A stretch of DNA of 64,000 nt from Gammaproteobacteria bacterium (GTDB lineage Bacteria > Pseudomonadota > Gammaproteobacteria > SZUA-229). The notes under the pieces were generated by a model. That model was given only the letters and a program-made list of their open reading frames with translations, was not told the DNA's origin and searched no databases. The translations under genes and the position numbers were made by a program. Each line of letters begins with the position of its first letter. Within the stretch, counting starts at the first letter, position 1. Positions 29,348-40,296 of this stretch are shown in pieces. The stretch spans positions 8,238-72,237 of the forward strand of contig JBFFSQ010000001.1 of NCBI GenBank assembly GCA_041572275.1, in the 5' to 3' direction.

Positions 29348-31606
29348 TTAGCTTTTACGCAACACCTCAATACCATCGACTTTCTGGTAACCACGCGGCA
29401 GCTTAAAGCCACGCTTACCACGCTCACCTGCATGCTCGTCAACTTCATCAGCCTTCATGGTCTTATGCTTCTTACCTGCGTAGACCGTCAATTTCTCGCC
29501 ATCCTGAATAAGATCGATAGCACATATCCACTCTTCTGCAGATTTAAGTTTGGCAGGTGGAACATTTATAATTTTATTGCCTTTACCGCGAACCATTTGA
29601 GGCAGTTCTTCCAGAGCGGTGACCAGCATATGTCCTTCTGAACTCACCGCCACAATCCAGTCATCTTCCAGACTGCGAACTTTTACCGGCGGTAATACTT
29701 TTGCACCCTGGGGAACGTTGAGAAATGCTTTTCCGGCTTTATTTCTGGAATGTAAATCACCCAGTTTACATACAAAGCCATAACCGTAACTGGTCGAAAA
29801 CAGGTATAACTCATCCGGATTACCGATCAGTGCCGACACAAAGCCTGCTCCAGCCGGTGGATTAAATCGTCCCGTCAGAGGCTCTCCCTGTCCCCTGGCC
29901 GATGGCAGGGTATGTGCCTGCAAGGTATAAGCACGACCAGTACTATCGAGGAAGACTGCCAGTTGGTTCGATTTACCGGCGGCCGATGATTGTGGACCAT
30001 CGCCTGCTTTATAGTTGAGCTTATCGACATCGATGTCGTGACCTTTAGCCGCGCGAACCCAACCTTTCTGCGACAGCACCACAGTAATAGCTTCACTGGG
30101 TATCAAGGCCGTTTCATCCATCGCCTGAGCAGCCTCTCGACTAACAATGGGTGAACGACGCTTATCGCCATAGGCTTCAGCATCATCAAGAATTTCTTTT
30201 TTGATCAGTGTTTTCAACCGCTGATCAGAACTGAGCAGTTTTTCCAGCTGCGCTTTTTCCAGTGCCAGCTCTTCCTGTTCAGCACGAATTTTCATTTCTT
30301 CCAGACGTGCTAACTGACGTAGCTTGGTATCGAGAATATAATCCGCCTGCTCGTCTGACAGTTTAAATCGTTTAATCAACGCCGGTTTTGGCTTATCCGT
30401 TTCTCGAATAATCTTGATAACTTCATCGATATTCAGGAAAGCAATCAACAAACCTTCCAATAAATGCAAACGTTTGTTGACCTTATCCAGTCTCCAGTTC
30501 AAGCGGTTACGAACCGTCTGAATGCGATAACTTAACCATTCTTTTAATATCACCCGGATATTTTTAACCTGGGGACGACCATCGACACCAATCATGTTCA
30601 TATTGACACGATAGCTGCGTTCAAGGTCTGTAGTGGCAAACAAATGATTCATCAACTGTTCGGTATCCACTCGATTGGAGCGAGGAACAATCACCAGACG
30701 GGTTGGATTTTCATGATCTGATTCGTCACGTAAATCCTCCACCATTGGCAATTTCTTTGAGGTCATCTGCTGAGCAATCTGCTCCAGAATCTTGTTCCCA
30801 GATACTTGATAAGGCAAGGCGGTAATAATGATCTCACCATTATCTTTTTCGAATCTGGCACGGGCTCGAATACTGCCATTACCTTTGTTATAGATCGCAA
30901 GAATATCTTCACGCGAGGTAATAATTTCCGCTTCTGTCGGGTAATCTGGTCCTTGTATATGCTCACATAGTTCTTCGACCGTGGATTTCGGTTGATCCAG
31001 CAAACGTATACAGGCTGTAGCAACTTCTTTCAAATTATGCGGCGGTATATCAGTAGCCATACCCACTGCAATACCGGTCGAACCATTCAGCAGCACATTA
31101 GGTAAACGTGCGGGCAATGACCTGGGTTCTTCAAGCGTGCCATCAAAGTTTGGTATCCAGTCAACGGTGCCCTGGCCTAACTCCTGCAGTAAAACTTCTG
31201 CATACTTTGACAACTTGGATTCGGTATAACGCATAGCTGCAAATGATTTGGGGTCATCGGGCGAACCCCAGTTACCCTGCCCATCAACCAGTGGATAGCG
31301 ATAAGAAAAACTCTGCGCCATCAATACCATGGCCTCATAACATGCACTGTCACCATGGGGGTGAAACTTACCCAGCACATCACCCACCGTACGTGCCGAT
31401 TTCTTATATTTGGCACTGGCATTCAAGCCCAGCTCAGACATGGCATACACAATACGACGCTGCACCGGTTTTAAGCCGTCGCCAATAAACGGCAGCGCAC
31501 GATCGAGAATAACGTACATGGAATAATCCAGATACGCCTTCTCAGTAAAATGAGCTAACGGCTGTCTTTCAATACCTTCAAAATTCAAATCGTCTTGTTC
31601 GGACAT
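29348..31606 (-). CDS. parC: DNA topoisomerase IV subunit A
   Basis: 752 aa with a GyrA/ParC N-terminus ([28 protein letters not shown]). It lacks the GyrA C-terminal extension and lies adjacent to parE. Confidence 0.93.
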   Translation of the reverse strand: MSEQDDLNFEGIERQPLAHFTEKAYLDYSMYVILDRALPFIGDGLKPVQRRIVYAMSELGLNASAKYKKSARTVGDVLGKFHPHGDSACYEAMVLMAQSFSYRYPLVDGQGNWGSPDDPKSFAAMRYTESKLSKYAEVLLQELGQGTVDWIPNFDGTLEEPRSLPARLPNVLLNGSTGIAVGMATDIPPHNLKEVATACIRLLDQPKSTVEELCEHIQGPDYPTEAEIITSREDILAIYNKGNGSIRARARFEKDNGEIIITALPYQVSGNKILEQIAQQMTSKKLPMVEDLRDESDHENPTRLVIVPRSNRVDTEQLMNHLFATTDLERSYRVNMNMIGVDGRPQVKNIRVILKEWLSYRIQTVRNRLNWRLDKVNKRLHLLEGLLIAFLNIDEVIKIIRETDKPKPALIKRFKLSDEQADYILDTKLRQLARLEEMKIRAEQEELALEKAQLEKLLSSDQRLKTLIKKEILDDAEAYGDKRRSPIVSREAAQAMDETALIPSEAITVVLSQKGWVRAAKGHDIDVDKLNYKAGDGPQSSAAGKSNQLAVFLDSTGRAYTLQAHTLPSARGQGEPLTGRFNPPAGAGFVSALIGNPDELYLFSTSYGYGFVCKLGDLHSRNKAGKAFLNVPQGAKVLPPVKVRSLEDDWIVAVSSEGHMLVTALEELPQMVRGKGNKIINVPPAKLKSAEEWICAIDLIQDGEKLTVYAGKKHKTMKADEVDEHAGERGKRGFKLPRGYQKVDGIEVLRKS

Positions 31607-31716
31607 TCAATTATTACCATTCAATTCTTTAACAGCGCCACCACTGAAACATAAAGATCACAAAGCTTAATATGTAGTATTTCTTTGTGTGCTCTCAGTC
31701 TCTGCGGCTATTAAAC

Positions 31717-33600
31717 TTAAACTTCAGCCAGGTCACCTTTTTGCTCTAACCAGGCTTTTCGATCAGATGCGCGTTTCTTGGCCAACAGCATATCCATCAT
31801 GCGATTGCTGTCATCACCGGGTTCTACGACTAGCTGTACTAATCGACGGGTATCCGGCGCGATTGAGGTTTCTCTGAGCTGCAAAGGATTCATCTCACCC
31901 AGACCTTTAAATCGAGTCACCTGAACCTTACCTTTTTTCTTCTCTGCCGAGATACGATCCAGTACACCCTGCTTTTCAGCTTCATCCAGTGCGTAGAACA
32001 CGTCTTTGCCTACATCGATACGGAATAAAGGCGGCATCGCCACATAGACATGACCCGCTTCAACCAGTGTACGGAAATGACGCAGGAACAAAGCACATAA
32101 CAAGGTGGCAATATGGTAACCATCGGAGTCGGCATCTGCCAGAATACAAACCTTGCCATATCGCAAACCATCCAGTTTGCTACTACCCGGATCAACGCCA
32201 ATAGCGACAGAAATATCGTGTACTTCTTGTGAAGCTAGCACCTGATCAGGATCCACTTCCCAGGTATTCAGAATTTTACCGCGCAGGGGCATGATAGCCT
32301 GAAACTCTCGGTCACGTGCCTGCTTGGCCGAACCGCCCGCTGAATCACCTTCCACCAGGAACAGTTCGGTGCGCGTCACATCACTGGAACTACAATCCGC
32401 CAGCTTGCCCGGCAGTGCCGGTCCCTGGGTCACTTTTTTACGTGCAACTTTTTTACCCGCACGCAGACGTTTCTGTGCATTATCAATAGCCAGCAGTGCT
32501 ATACGCTCACCTTCATCTGTATGCTGGTTCAGCCATAAACTAAAAGCATCTTTCACCACACCAGATACAAATGGAGCACACTCACGGGACGATAGACGTT
32601 CCTTGGTCTGGCCAGAAAACTGAGGATCTTCCATTTTCACCGAAAGAATATAGCTCACCCGATCCCAGACATCTTCAGGACTAATCTTCACACCACGAGG
32701 GGTCAGGTTACGAAATTCACAAAACTCCCGTACCGCTTCGGTCAGCCCCGTACGCAAGCCATTAACATGAGTCCCACCCTGGGCAGTAGGAATTAAATTC
32801 ACATAGGACTCAGTTACCGCCTCACCACCTTCTGGCAACCACAACAATGCCCAATCCACCGCTTCATGATCACTGGCCAGACTGCCGATAAACGGATCAG
32901 CAGGCAGTAATTCATAGCCTTTCAGGGTTTCGGTTAAATATGCCTGTAAACCATCTTCGTAATACCATTCCTCAGTTTCACCGGTTTTTTCTTCCAGAAA
33001 AATGACGTGTAGCCCTGGGCATAGCACGGCTTTGGCGCGTAATACATGGCGCAGTCGCGACACAGAAAAATTAGCTGAATCAAAATATTTGGCTTCTGGC
33101 CAGAAACGAATATGCGTACCGGTATTCTTCTTACCCACGGTACCTGTTTCTTTCAGCTCACTGACCTTGTTGCCATGAGCAAAGGCAATATTGTATTCCT
33201 TACCGTCACGCCTGATATCGGCTTCCAACCGATAAGACAGTGCATTCACCACCGATACACCGACACCATGCAGACCACCAGAGAACTGATAATTCTTATT
33301 GGAGAACTTACCACCGGCATGTAACTTGGTCAGAATAACTTCAACCCCAGGCACACCTTCCTCCGGATGGATATCCACCGGCATGCCGCGACCATCGTCG
33401 ACCACACCCAGAGAGCCGTCTTTATATAGTGTCACCTGAATTCGACTGGCATGTCCGGCAACGGCTTCATCAACACTGTTATCGATGACTTCCTGAGCCA
33501 GATGGTTAGGGCGTGTAGTATCGGTATACATGCCTGGGCGTTTCTGCACAGGCTCAAGACCGGTAAGGACTTCAATGGCTGAAGCGTCGTATGAACTCAT
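31717..33600 (-). CDS. parE: DNA topoisomerase IV subunit B
   Basis: 627 aa with a GHKL ATPase + TOPRIM architecture (LEPVQKRPGMYTDTTRPNHL...). It is upstream of parC. Confidence 0.93.
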   Translation of the reverse strand: MSSYDASAIEVLTGLEPVQKRPGMYTDTTRPNHLAQEVIDNSVDEAVAGHASRIQVTLYKDGSLGVVDDGRGMPVDIHPEEGVPGVEVILTKLHAGGKFSNKNYQFSGGLHGVGVSVVNALSYRLEADIRRDGKEYNIAFAHGNKVSELKETGTVGKKNTGTHIRFWPEAKYFDSANFSVSRLRHVLRAKAVLCPGLHVIFLEEKTGETEEWYYEDGLQAYLTETLKGYELLPADPFIGSLASDHEAVDWALLWLPEGGEAVTESYVNLIPTAQGGTHVNGLRTGLTEAVREFCEFRNLTPRGVKISPEDVWDRVSYILSVKMEDPQFSGQTKERLSSRECAPFVSGVVKDAFSLWLNQHTDEGERIALLAIDNAQKRLRAGKKVARKKVTQGPALPGKLADCSSSDVTRTELFLVEGDSAGGSAKQARDREFQAIMPLRGKILNTWEVDPDQVLASQEVHDISVAIGVDPGSSKLDGLRYGKVCILADADSDGYHIATLLCALFLRHFRTLVEAGHVYVAMPPLFRIDVGKDVFYALDEAEKQGVLDRISAEKKKGKVQVTRFKGLGEMNPLQLRETSIAPDTRRLVQLVVEPGDDSNRMMDMLLAKKRASDRKAWLEQKGDLAEV

Positions 33601-33791
33601 TCAAACTACTCATATTAATATACGTTGCGCTGGAACTATACATGGCCTGAGTCAAAAATAAAATCATGCGACTCCAAGATATTGAATCAAGACTCGTTTT
33701 CAAAACATCTACCTCTGACAACCCCCTCACATCAAGCTCGGCTACCAGCAGCAGCAAAATCATTTACTCCACTTGCAACGCCCATTATCCT

Positions 33792-36700
33792 ATGCCCATG
33801 AGTTTAGAAGCTGCCAATCCCCATTCCAATGCTATCGTTGCTGCTTCTGCCGGCAGTGGTAAAACCTGGATGCTGGTCACCCGCATCCTGCGCCTGTTAC
33901 TTGAAGGTGCCGAACCTGGTGGAATCATGGCCCTCACCTTTACCCGTAAAGCTGCCGGTGAAATGCAACAACGCCTGGCCGAACGTTTATATGAGCTGGC
34001 CACACTCGATGATACCGCACTGGACAAAGCCCTGACTGAGCTGGGCTTACAGCCAACAGATCACTATCGCCAGACGGCTCGTAGCCTCTATGAATATCAT
34101 CAGTACTGCCATTATCCGGTACGTACCCAGACCTTTCATTCCTTCTGTCAGGACATCCTGGCCCGATTTCCACTGGAAGCCGACGTACCACCGGGATTCC
34201 AGCTACTAGAAAGCAGCACGCTTCTCATACAACAGGCCCGTGATGCCCTGTTCAATGAAGCAGCCGTGGATATGAATAGCCCACTAGCACAAAACCTGGA
34301 AGCGCTGTTGTCGGCCTGCGGCAGCCTGTTTAGTCTAGAAAAGGCATTAAACAGTTTTTTACATCAGCGCAGTGACTGGTGGGCTTTTACTGAAAACAAT
34401 AACAATAACTGTGACTACGCTACTGATGTCCTCAAACAACAGCTGGACGTGGATCTGGACAGCAATCCTATCGAGGTATTCTTCAAACCTCGCAATCTGG
34501 AAATGCTTCGCCAATTTTCCGCACTGTTGGCACAACACGACACCAAAACCAACCTGAAATTTGCCGATACCATTGCCATGAGCCTGGCTCAGGAGACTTA
34601 CAACCAGCAAACCTTTAATACACTGTATGACTGTTTTTATACCGGCACGGGTACACCCCGAGTCAGAAAAGACAGTCCAACATTGCGCAAAAAACTCGGT
34701 GATGATGGTACTGATCAACTACTGGAACTCAACACACTCCTCACTGCCCGTATTCACGATGCTCTCGATCAGTACAATCGTCAAAAAACCTTTGAACTCA
34801 ACCGGCTCTGGTATCAATGTGGTGAAACTTACATCAATCATTATCAAACACTGAAACGGCAGCAACGCCTGCTGGATTTTACCGATCTGGAATGGCGTAC
34901 CTACAAGCTACTCCAGGGCTCAGAGAATGCCCTGTGGGTACAATATAAACTTGACCAGCGCATTGACCATTTACTCATCGATGAATTCCAGGATACCAAT
35001 CCAACGCAGTGGCAATTAATCCTGCCCTTACTTGAAGAAATGGCATCTTCGGAACTTGAAAAACCCCGTAGTATTTTCATTGTTGGCGATGAAAAACAAT
35101 CCATATACAGTTTCCGTCGAGCTAAACCCGAATTACTTGGGCGAGCCGCTGACTGGCTGGAACAACACCTTGCAGCCAGTCGTTTCCCCATGAACAAATC
35201 CTGGCGTTCATCGCCCGCTATTATCAACGCTGTTAACGAAATTTTTTCCCAGGATATTTTTAAAACCAGTTTACCTGGCTTCCATCATCATGAAACCAAT
35301 CGTGAGGCACTAGCCGGAAAAGTCACACTACTGCCTTTAACTCGCCCTGAGTCAGATCAGGTCGATAATATCGAAACACCGTTCCGCAATCCGCTACAGC
35401 AACCCCGTTATGAACAATCGGGTATCTATCTACAGGAAGGCCAGCAAATTGCCCAGGTTATTCAGCAGTTAATGAATGACAACATCATCGTGGGTGAAGG
35501 AGAAGAAGCTCACTGCATCAATTACGATGATATTTTTATTTTAGTGCGCAAACGCACACATGTGGCCGATTATGAAACCGCATTACGACAAGCGGGCATC
35601 CCTTATCTGGGTGCAAATAAGGGCACCTTCCTCGACTGCCTGGAAATACAGGACATGGAAGCCCTGCTCGATACCCTGCTGACACCCTTTAACAATCTAT
35701 CTCTGGCACAGGTGCTTAAATCGCCCCTATTTTCAGCTCACGACGAACATCTGATGCTTATTGCCAAACATGGTGGCAGTCATTTATGGATTGATCGTCT
35801 GGCCAATATGCAATCCGAGCTACCCCCAGACCATCCGCTAAATCGAGCCTATCGATATATTCAACGATGGCGAACGCTAACCGATAAAATTCCCGTGCAC
35901 GATCTACTCGATCGCATATACAGTGAAGCCAATGTGCTAGAACGCTATAAAAGTTCGACACCGGAATCACTCAAACCCCGCGTACACGCTAACCTGGTGC
36001 GATTTATGGAACTGGCACTGGAACTGGATAGTGGACGTTATCCCAGTCTAATGCATTTCCTGCAATACCTCCGGAGCCTGAAACAACTGGTCACCGATGC
36101 TCCGGATGAAGCCCCGGTAGAAGTTGCTGAATCACGAGTAAAAATCATGACCATTCATGCCAGTAAAGGACTGGAAGCACCTGTGGTTTTTCTCGCCGAC
36201 ACCATTACCTCAGACAAAGACAGGTCAGCACTGGAAACACTGGTTGACTGGCCTGTGGAACAGGCTCAACCTCGGGTTTTCCAGCTCATCCCAGGCAAAG
36301 ATACAAAAAACGAAAAATCTAGCCAGTTAGTTCAGCAACAGCAGCAACATCAACAACAGGAAAACGCCAACCTGCTCTATGTTGCCCTCACTCGAGCCAA
36401 GCAGCTGCTCTATGTCTCTGCCTGTCAACCTGCAAACAGTCAATCGAGTCAGCACTGGTATCACAACATTCAATCGGCCCTGAAAAATATCGCAACCGAA
36501 CTGGATGACGGCAGCCTTGAATACGCTTATCAACAACTACCCATAGCACCACAAAGAGATGTGCAGGACATTCAAGCCAAAACCACAATCGATCCAGCAC
36601 TGACTCGAAAACCGGATACTGTTTCGAATATCGACAAGATTATCGCGCCCAGCAAAACCGTAACTTATCACGATGCCAGTTCTGGCGATGAAGATGGACA

Positions 36701-37181
36701 ACTACGCGGCATTGCTATTCATCGTTGCCTGGATCTGTTGACACGCAGCCCGGCATTCAACACAGACAGCATCCGACAACATCTGGCCACTGAGTTAAAA
36801 CTGGATCGTCATGACACCCTGATTGAGCAAGCTATTACAGAATCACAACAACTGCTGGACAAACCAGAACTACATAGCATCTTCTATCCTGATGACAACA
36901 CAAAAGTTTACAACGAACTGCCGATCCACTATCTCGTCGATGACCAAATGGTCTATGGCATCATCGACCGGTTGCTGGTGAACGACAATGAGGTGACCAT
37001 TATTGATTATAAAAGCCACCAACAGGTCAACTCAGAAAATATTCAACAGATTGCGAATACGTATACACAACAGATGCAGCTCTACGCACAGGGTATACGC
37101 AGAGTCTGGCCCAACAAATCCATTCACGCCTGTTTGCTGTTTACCCACTGCAGTGAATTACACACGCTGGATATCAACTAA
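33792..37181 (+). CDS. AddA-like ATP-dependent helicase-nuclease (UvrD/Rep SF1 helicase fused to a C-terminal PD-(D/E)XK RecB-type nuclease), with no addB partner
   Basis: Walker A (AASAGSGKTWML), UvrD motifs (LTFTRKAAGEM, DEFQDTNPTQW, VGDEKQSIYSFRRA) and a C-terminal nuclease motif (GIIDRLLVND...IIDYKSH). The track ORF begins at 33666 with a low-complexity leader; the more likely start is ATG 33792 or 33798 (MPMSLEAANPH). Confidence 0.8.
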   Translation: MPMSLEAANPHSNAIVAASAGSGKTWMLVTRILRLLLEGAEPGGIMALTFTRKAAGEMQQRLAERLYELATLDDTALDKALTELGLQPTDHYRQTARSLYEYHQYCHYPVRTQTFHSFCQDILARFPLEADVPPGFQLLESSTLLIQQARDALFNEAAVDMNSPLAQNLEALLSACGSLFSLEKALNSFLHQRSDWWAFTENNNNNCDYATDVLKQQLDVDLDSNPIEVFFKPRNLEMLRQFSALLAQHDTKTNLKFADTIAMSLAQETYNQQTFNTLYDCFYTGTGTPRVRKDSPTLRKKLGDDGTDQLLELNTLLTARIHDALDQYNRQKTFELNRLWYQCGETYINHYQTLKRQQRLLDFTDLEWRTYKLLQGSENALWVQYKLDQRIDHLLIDEFQDTNPTQWQLILPLLEEMASSELEKPRSIFIVGDEKQSIYSFRRAKPELLGRAADWLEQHLAASRFPMNKSWRSSPAIINAVNEIFSQDIFKTSLPGFHHHETNREALAGKVTLLPLTRPESDQVDNIETPFRNPLQQPRYEQSGIYLQEGQQIAQVIQQLMNDNIIVGEGEEAHCINYDDIFILVRKRTHVADYETALRQAGIPYLGANKGTFLDCLEIQDMEALLDTLLTPFNNLSLAQVLKSPLFSAHDEHLMLIAKHGGSHLWIDRLANMQSELPPDHPLNRAYRYIQRWRTLTDKIPVHDLLDRIYSEANVLERYKSSTPESLKPRVHANLVRFMELALELDSGRYPSLMHFLQYLRSLKQLVTDAPDEAPVEVAESRVKIMTIHASKGLEAPVVFLADTITSDKDRSALETLVDWPVEQAQPRVFQLIPGKDTKNEKSSQLVQQQQQHQQQENANLLYVALTRAKQLLYVSACQPANSQSSQHWYHNIQSALKNIATELDDGSLEYAYQQLPIAPQRDVQDIQAKTTIDPALTRKPDTVSNIDKIIAPSKTVTYHDASSGDEDGQLRGIAIHRCLDLLTRSPAFNTDSIRQHLATELKLDRHDTLIEQAITESQQLLDKPELHSIFYPDDNTKVYNELPIHYLVDDQMVYGIIDRLLVNDNEVTIIDYKSHQQVNSENIQQIANTYTQQMQLYAQGIRRVWPNKSIHACLLFTHCSELHTLDIN

Positions 37182-37318
37182 TACAAATACATCACGTCGA
37201 TACTAATATGAACCGGCTATCTCAATGACTGGCTTGCAAATACACTGCCCGCCATTTTGTATCGGCCACAAAAAAGGGACACTCAGTGCCCCTCTTTTAT
37301 CATCAATGTGATGCCAGA

Positions 37319-38044
37319 TTACAAGCCCATTGACTCCAGCTGCTGAATAATATTCTTCGCTGGGGCATAACCTGGATTCATCTGGCCATTTGCATACATG
37401 ATGGCAGGAGTACCGCGTATACCTAGATCCTGAGCCAGTTTGGTATGTTGTTCAATTGGATGGTCACAGGTTTTTGCTTCCACTTCTTCGCCAGCTTTGG
37501 CCTTATCCATCGCCTGTTGTGGATTATCAGCACACCAGACACTCACTGAAGTATCATAGCTACGTTTTCCTTTGAAAGGTACAAATACATAGCGCACCTT
37601 GACCCCGCCCGCCATATATTCTGACATTTCCTGATGTAAACGACGGCAGTACGGGCAATAGATATCAGTGAAAACAGTAATGGTATGTTTGACATCACCT
37701 TTAGGCGTATACACCAGCAACATATCTTCGCTGATGCTATCTAATGTTGCTTTTCGGGCAAGACCACGGGTTTCTTCCGTTAGATTCTGTCGACTTTGCA
37801 GATCATACATATCGCCATCGAGAACAAAACGAGCATCTTTGGTCATATACAGGATCTGCGGCCCCGTGGTCACTTCATACAGGCCTTTTACGGGTGTTAC
37901 TTTAATTGTGGCACCTGCGGCCTGAGGCATGTTTTTGACCAGAGCGGCTTGCAAGTCTTTGATATCCTGCTCAGAGGTGTTGCCGGCGAATGCAGGATTA
38001 ACGGCCAACAACATAGAAAAGACACTTATTAATAGATATTTCAT
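37319..38044 (-). CDS. dsbC: Thiol:disulfide interchange protein (DsbC/DsbG family)
   Basis: Signal peptide, dimerisation N-domain and a thioredoxin fold with a CPYC active site (TDIYCPYCRRLH). Synteny with xerD suggests dsbC, although CPYC is the E. coli DsbG-type motif. Confidence 0.75.
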   Translation of the reverse strand: MKYLLISVFSMLLAVNPAFAGNTSEQDIKDLQAALVKNMPQAAGATIKVTPVKGLYEVTTGPQILYMTKDARFVLDGDMYDLQSRQNLTEETRGLARKATLDSISEDMLLVYTPKGDVKHTITVFTDIYCPYCRRLHQEMSEYMAGGVKVRYVFVPFKGKRSYDTSVSVWCADNPQQAMDKAKAGEEVEAKTCDHPIEQHTKLAQDLGIRGTPAIMYANGQMNPGYAPAKNIIQQLESMGL

Positions 38045-38181
38045 AACGGGGTAATTCTCGATTAATGATTAGCTGTAGAAGTAGACAGCGGGCATTATAA
38101 ATAATTCCGGGTAAAATATTCTATATTTCGTCACGGACTTGATTATTGAACGCCAAATACGCCCCAAATAACATCGGTGAT

Positions 38182-39102
38182 TCAGCCCCGGGGATGATGC
38201 TGGTGATACAGAGATTTCAGGCGCTGATCAGCGACATGGGTATAAATCTGCGTTGTCGAGATATCCGTGTGTCCAAGTAACATCTGTACCACCCTTAAGT
38301 CAGCCCCATGATTCAACAAATGGGTAGCAAAGGCATGCCGTAAGGTATGAGGCGACAAGGCCTCAGCCGCAATACCGACCTGTATCGCATAGCGCTTGAG
38401 CAGATACCAGAAAGCTTGACGAGTCATCGCCTGGCCCCGTTTAGTGACAAATACCGCATTACAGGGCAACTTGTTTGCCAATAAATCGGGCCGTGCCTGT
38501 TTTAAATAGCGTTGTAACCAGCTCAAGGCCTCTTCACCGAGAGGAACCAGGCGCTCTTTTCCACCTTTACCAATAATTCGTACCACACCTGGATTAATCG
38601 ACACCTGACTTAATTGCAGCCCCACCAGTTCACTCACACGTAAACCTGTGGCATAGAGAATTTCCAGCATGGCCCGATCGCGCAGCCCCAGTGACTGCTC
38701 GACCACCGGTGCATCAAGCAAATCCAGCACCTGTTGCTCTGTCAGTGTTTTAGGTAAAGGCTTTTCCGGTTTAGGCGCTTCAATCAGTGCAGTAGGATCG
38801 CTAGCAAGCCGCTTTTCTCTTAGCTGATAGGCATAAAACCGGCGCAGGCTGGAAACTAAACGCGCAGCTGATCGATTTTTTATCCCCTGCTCAAAACAAA
38901 ATGCCAGATATGTCTGAACCATCTGCTCATCCGCCTGTAGCAACATGTTGCTATGTGCCTGTAACCAGAGCGCAAAGCCCGCCAGATCATTTCGGTATGC
39001 GGCCAGGGTATTGGCACTCAAACCATTCTCCATCCACAGTGCGTCAATATACTGTTCGATAATGTTCTGCTCTGTTGCTGATAAGCGATCTGATTTGGCC
39101 AT
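38182..39102 (-). CDS. xerD: Tyrosine recombinase XerD
   Basis: 306 aa with R..HxxR..Y catalytic residues (LRHAFATHLL...GHTDISTTQIYTHV). xerD-dsbC is a conserved arrangement. Confidence 0.9.
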   Translation of the reverse strand: MAKSDRLSATEQNIIEQYIDALWMENGLSANTLAAYRNDLAGFALWLQAHSNMLLQADEQMVQTYLAFCFEQGIKNRSAARLVSSLRRFYAYQLREKRLASDPTALIEAPKPEKPLPKTLTEQQVLDLLDAPVVEQSLGLRDRAMLEILYATGLRVSELVGLQLSQVSINPGVVRIIGKGGKERLVPLGEEALSWLQRYLKQARPDLLANKLPCNAVFVTKRGQAMTRQAFWYLLKRYAIQVGIAAEALSPHTLRHAFATHLLNHGADLRVVQMLLGHTDISTTQIYTHVADQRLKSLYHQHHPRG

Positions 39103-39205
39103 GGTTTTTTGAGTTTAATCAAACCTTTGTTCTATGTGGATAGGTCACAATGCGTCTGTGTTAAACTTCAACACTTTTAGCATTAAGCAGATTATGCCAC
39201 TTTAG

Positions 39206-39778
39206 ATGAGCTCGATGTCGACAAAAATTTGTACAGTTATTCTCGCCGGGGGTCTTGGCCGACGCATGGATGGTCAGGATAAGGGGTTACTGGAGTGGCA
39301 GGGCAAACCACTCATCGAACATGTTCTGACAACACTGGATAATAACGATGACATCATCATCAATGCCAATCGCAATCAGGAACGTTACCAAAGTTATGGC
39401 TACCCCGTCATTAATGACAGCATAGCCGATTATCAAGGTCCACTGGTCGGGATATTGAGTGCCATGACCATTTGCCCGAATGATTACCTGTTATGCCTGC
39501 CTTGTGATTCACCGCAGCCTCCAGCCGAATTGAAACAACGACTACTGGTCTGCCTACAGCAGAATCAAGCCAGGTGTGCCATCTGCCATGATGGTACCCG
39601 GCTACAACCCCTGTTTGCGCTCATTGCCTGCTCATATCAGGCGCAACTGCAAAGTTTCCTGGATCAGGGTCATCGTAAGGTACATGATTTTTTTCTCCAG
39701 TTAGAACCAGCCATCTGCGATTTTTCTGACCAGGCAAATCATTTCCATAACTTCAATACGCCCAACGATATGCGATGA
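39206..39778 (+). CDS. mobA: Molybdenum cofactor guanylyltransferase
   Basis: 190 aa carrying the MobA signature LAGGLGRRMDGQDKGLLEW. Confidence 0.85.
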   Translation: MSSMSTKICTVILAGGLGRRMDGQDKGLLEWQGKPLIEHVLTTLDNNDDIIINANRNQERYQSYGYPVINDSIADYQGPLVGILSAMTICPNDYLLCLPCDSPQPPAELKQRLLVCLQQNQARCAICHDGTRLQPLFALIACSYQAQLQSFLDQGHRKVHDFFLQLEPAICDFSDQANHFHNFNTPNDMR

Positions 39779-40296
39779 GTATACAATTTCCCAAACCGAT
39801 ACTGGGTTTTGCTGCTTTCAGTGGCACCGGTAAAACTACATTGCTGGTGAAACTGCTACCCGTTCTCAAACAACGGGGCCTGCGCATTGCCATAGTCAAA
39901 CATGCCCACCATAATTTCGATGTCGACACACCAGGCAAGGATAGTTATGAACTGCGTAAGTCTGGCGCCTCGCCCATGCTGATCTGTTCCAGTCGTCGCA
40001 CAGCCATCATGATTGAAAATGAACAGGAACAAGAACCTGATTTACAGGATGTTTTGAGTCATATTAATCCAGACAGCATTGACCTGGTTCTGGTAGAAGG
40101 TTTTAAACTCTGGTCATTTCCAAAAATTGAGCTGCATCGACCCGCTGTCGGCAAACCCTTACTATTTCCCAATGACGATAACATGATCGCCATAGCCCAT
40201 GACGGCTCACTGGCAATCAAGCCCGATATCCCAGTTCTCGATATCAATAACACACAACAAATTGCAGAATTTGTTATCCAATTTATACAACAGTGA
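39775..40296 (+). CDS. mobB: Molybdopterin-guanine dinucleotide biosynthesis adapter protein
   Basis: 173 aa with a Walker A (FSGTGKTTLL) in a MobB fold. Its ATGA start overlaps the mobA stop. Confidence 0.85.
   Translation: MSIQFPKPILGFAAFSGTGKTTLLVKLLPVLKQRGLRIAIVKHAHHNFDVDTPGKDSYELRKSGASPMLICSSRRTAIMIENEQEQEPDLQDVLSHINPDSIDLVLVEGFKLWSFPKIELHRPAVGKPLLFPNDDNMIAIAHDGSLAIKPDIPVLDINNTQQIAEFVIQFIQQ

Noticed and set aside
38182-39102. Tyrosine recombinase as a possible marker of a mobile element
   Set aside because: It is the housekeeping xerD in its conserved xerD-dsbC context. No attachment-site repeats or cargo genes are present.
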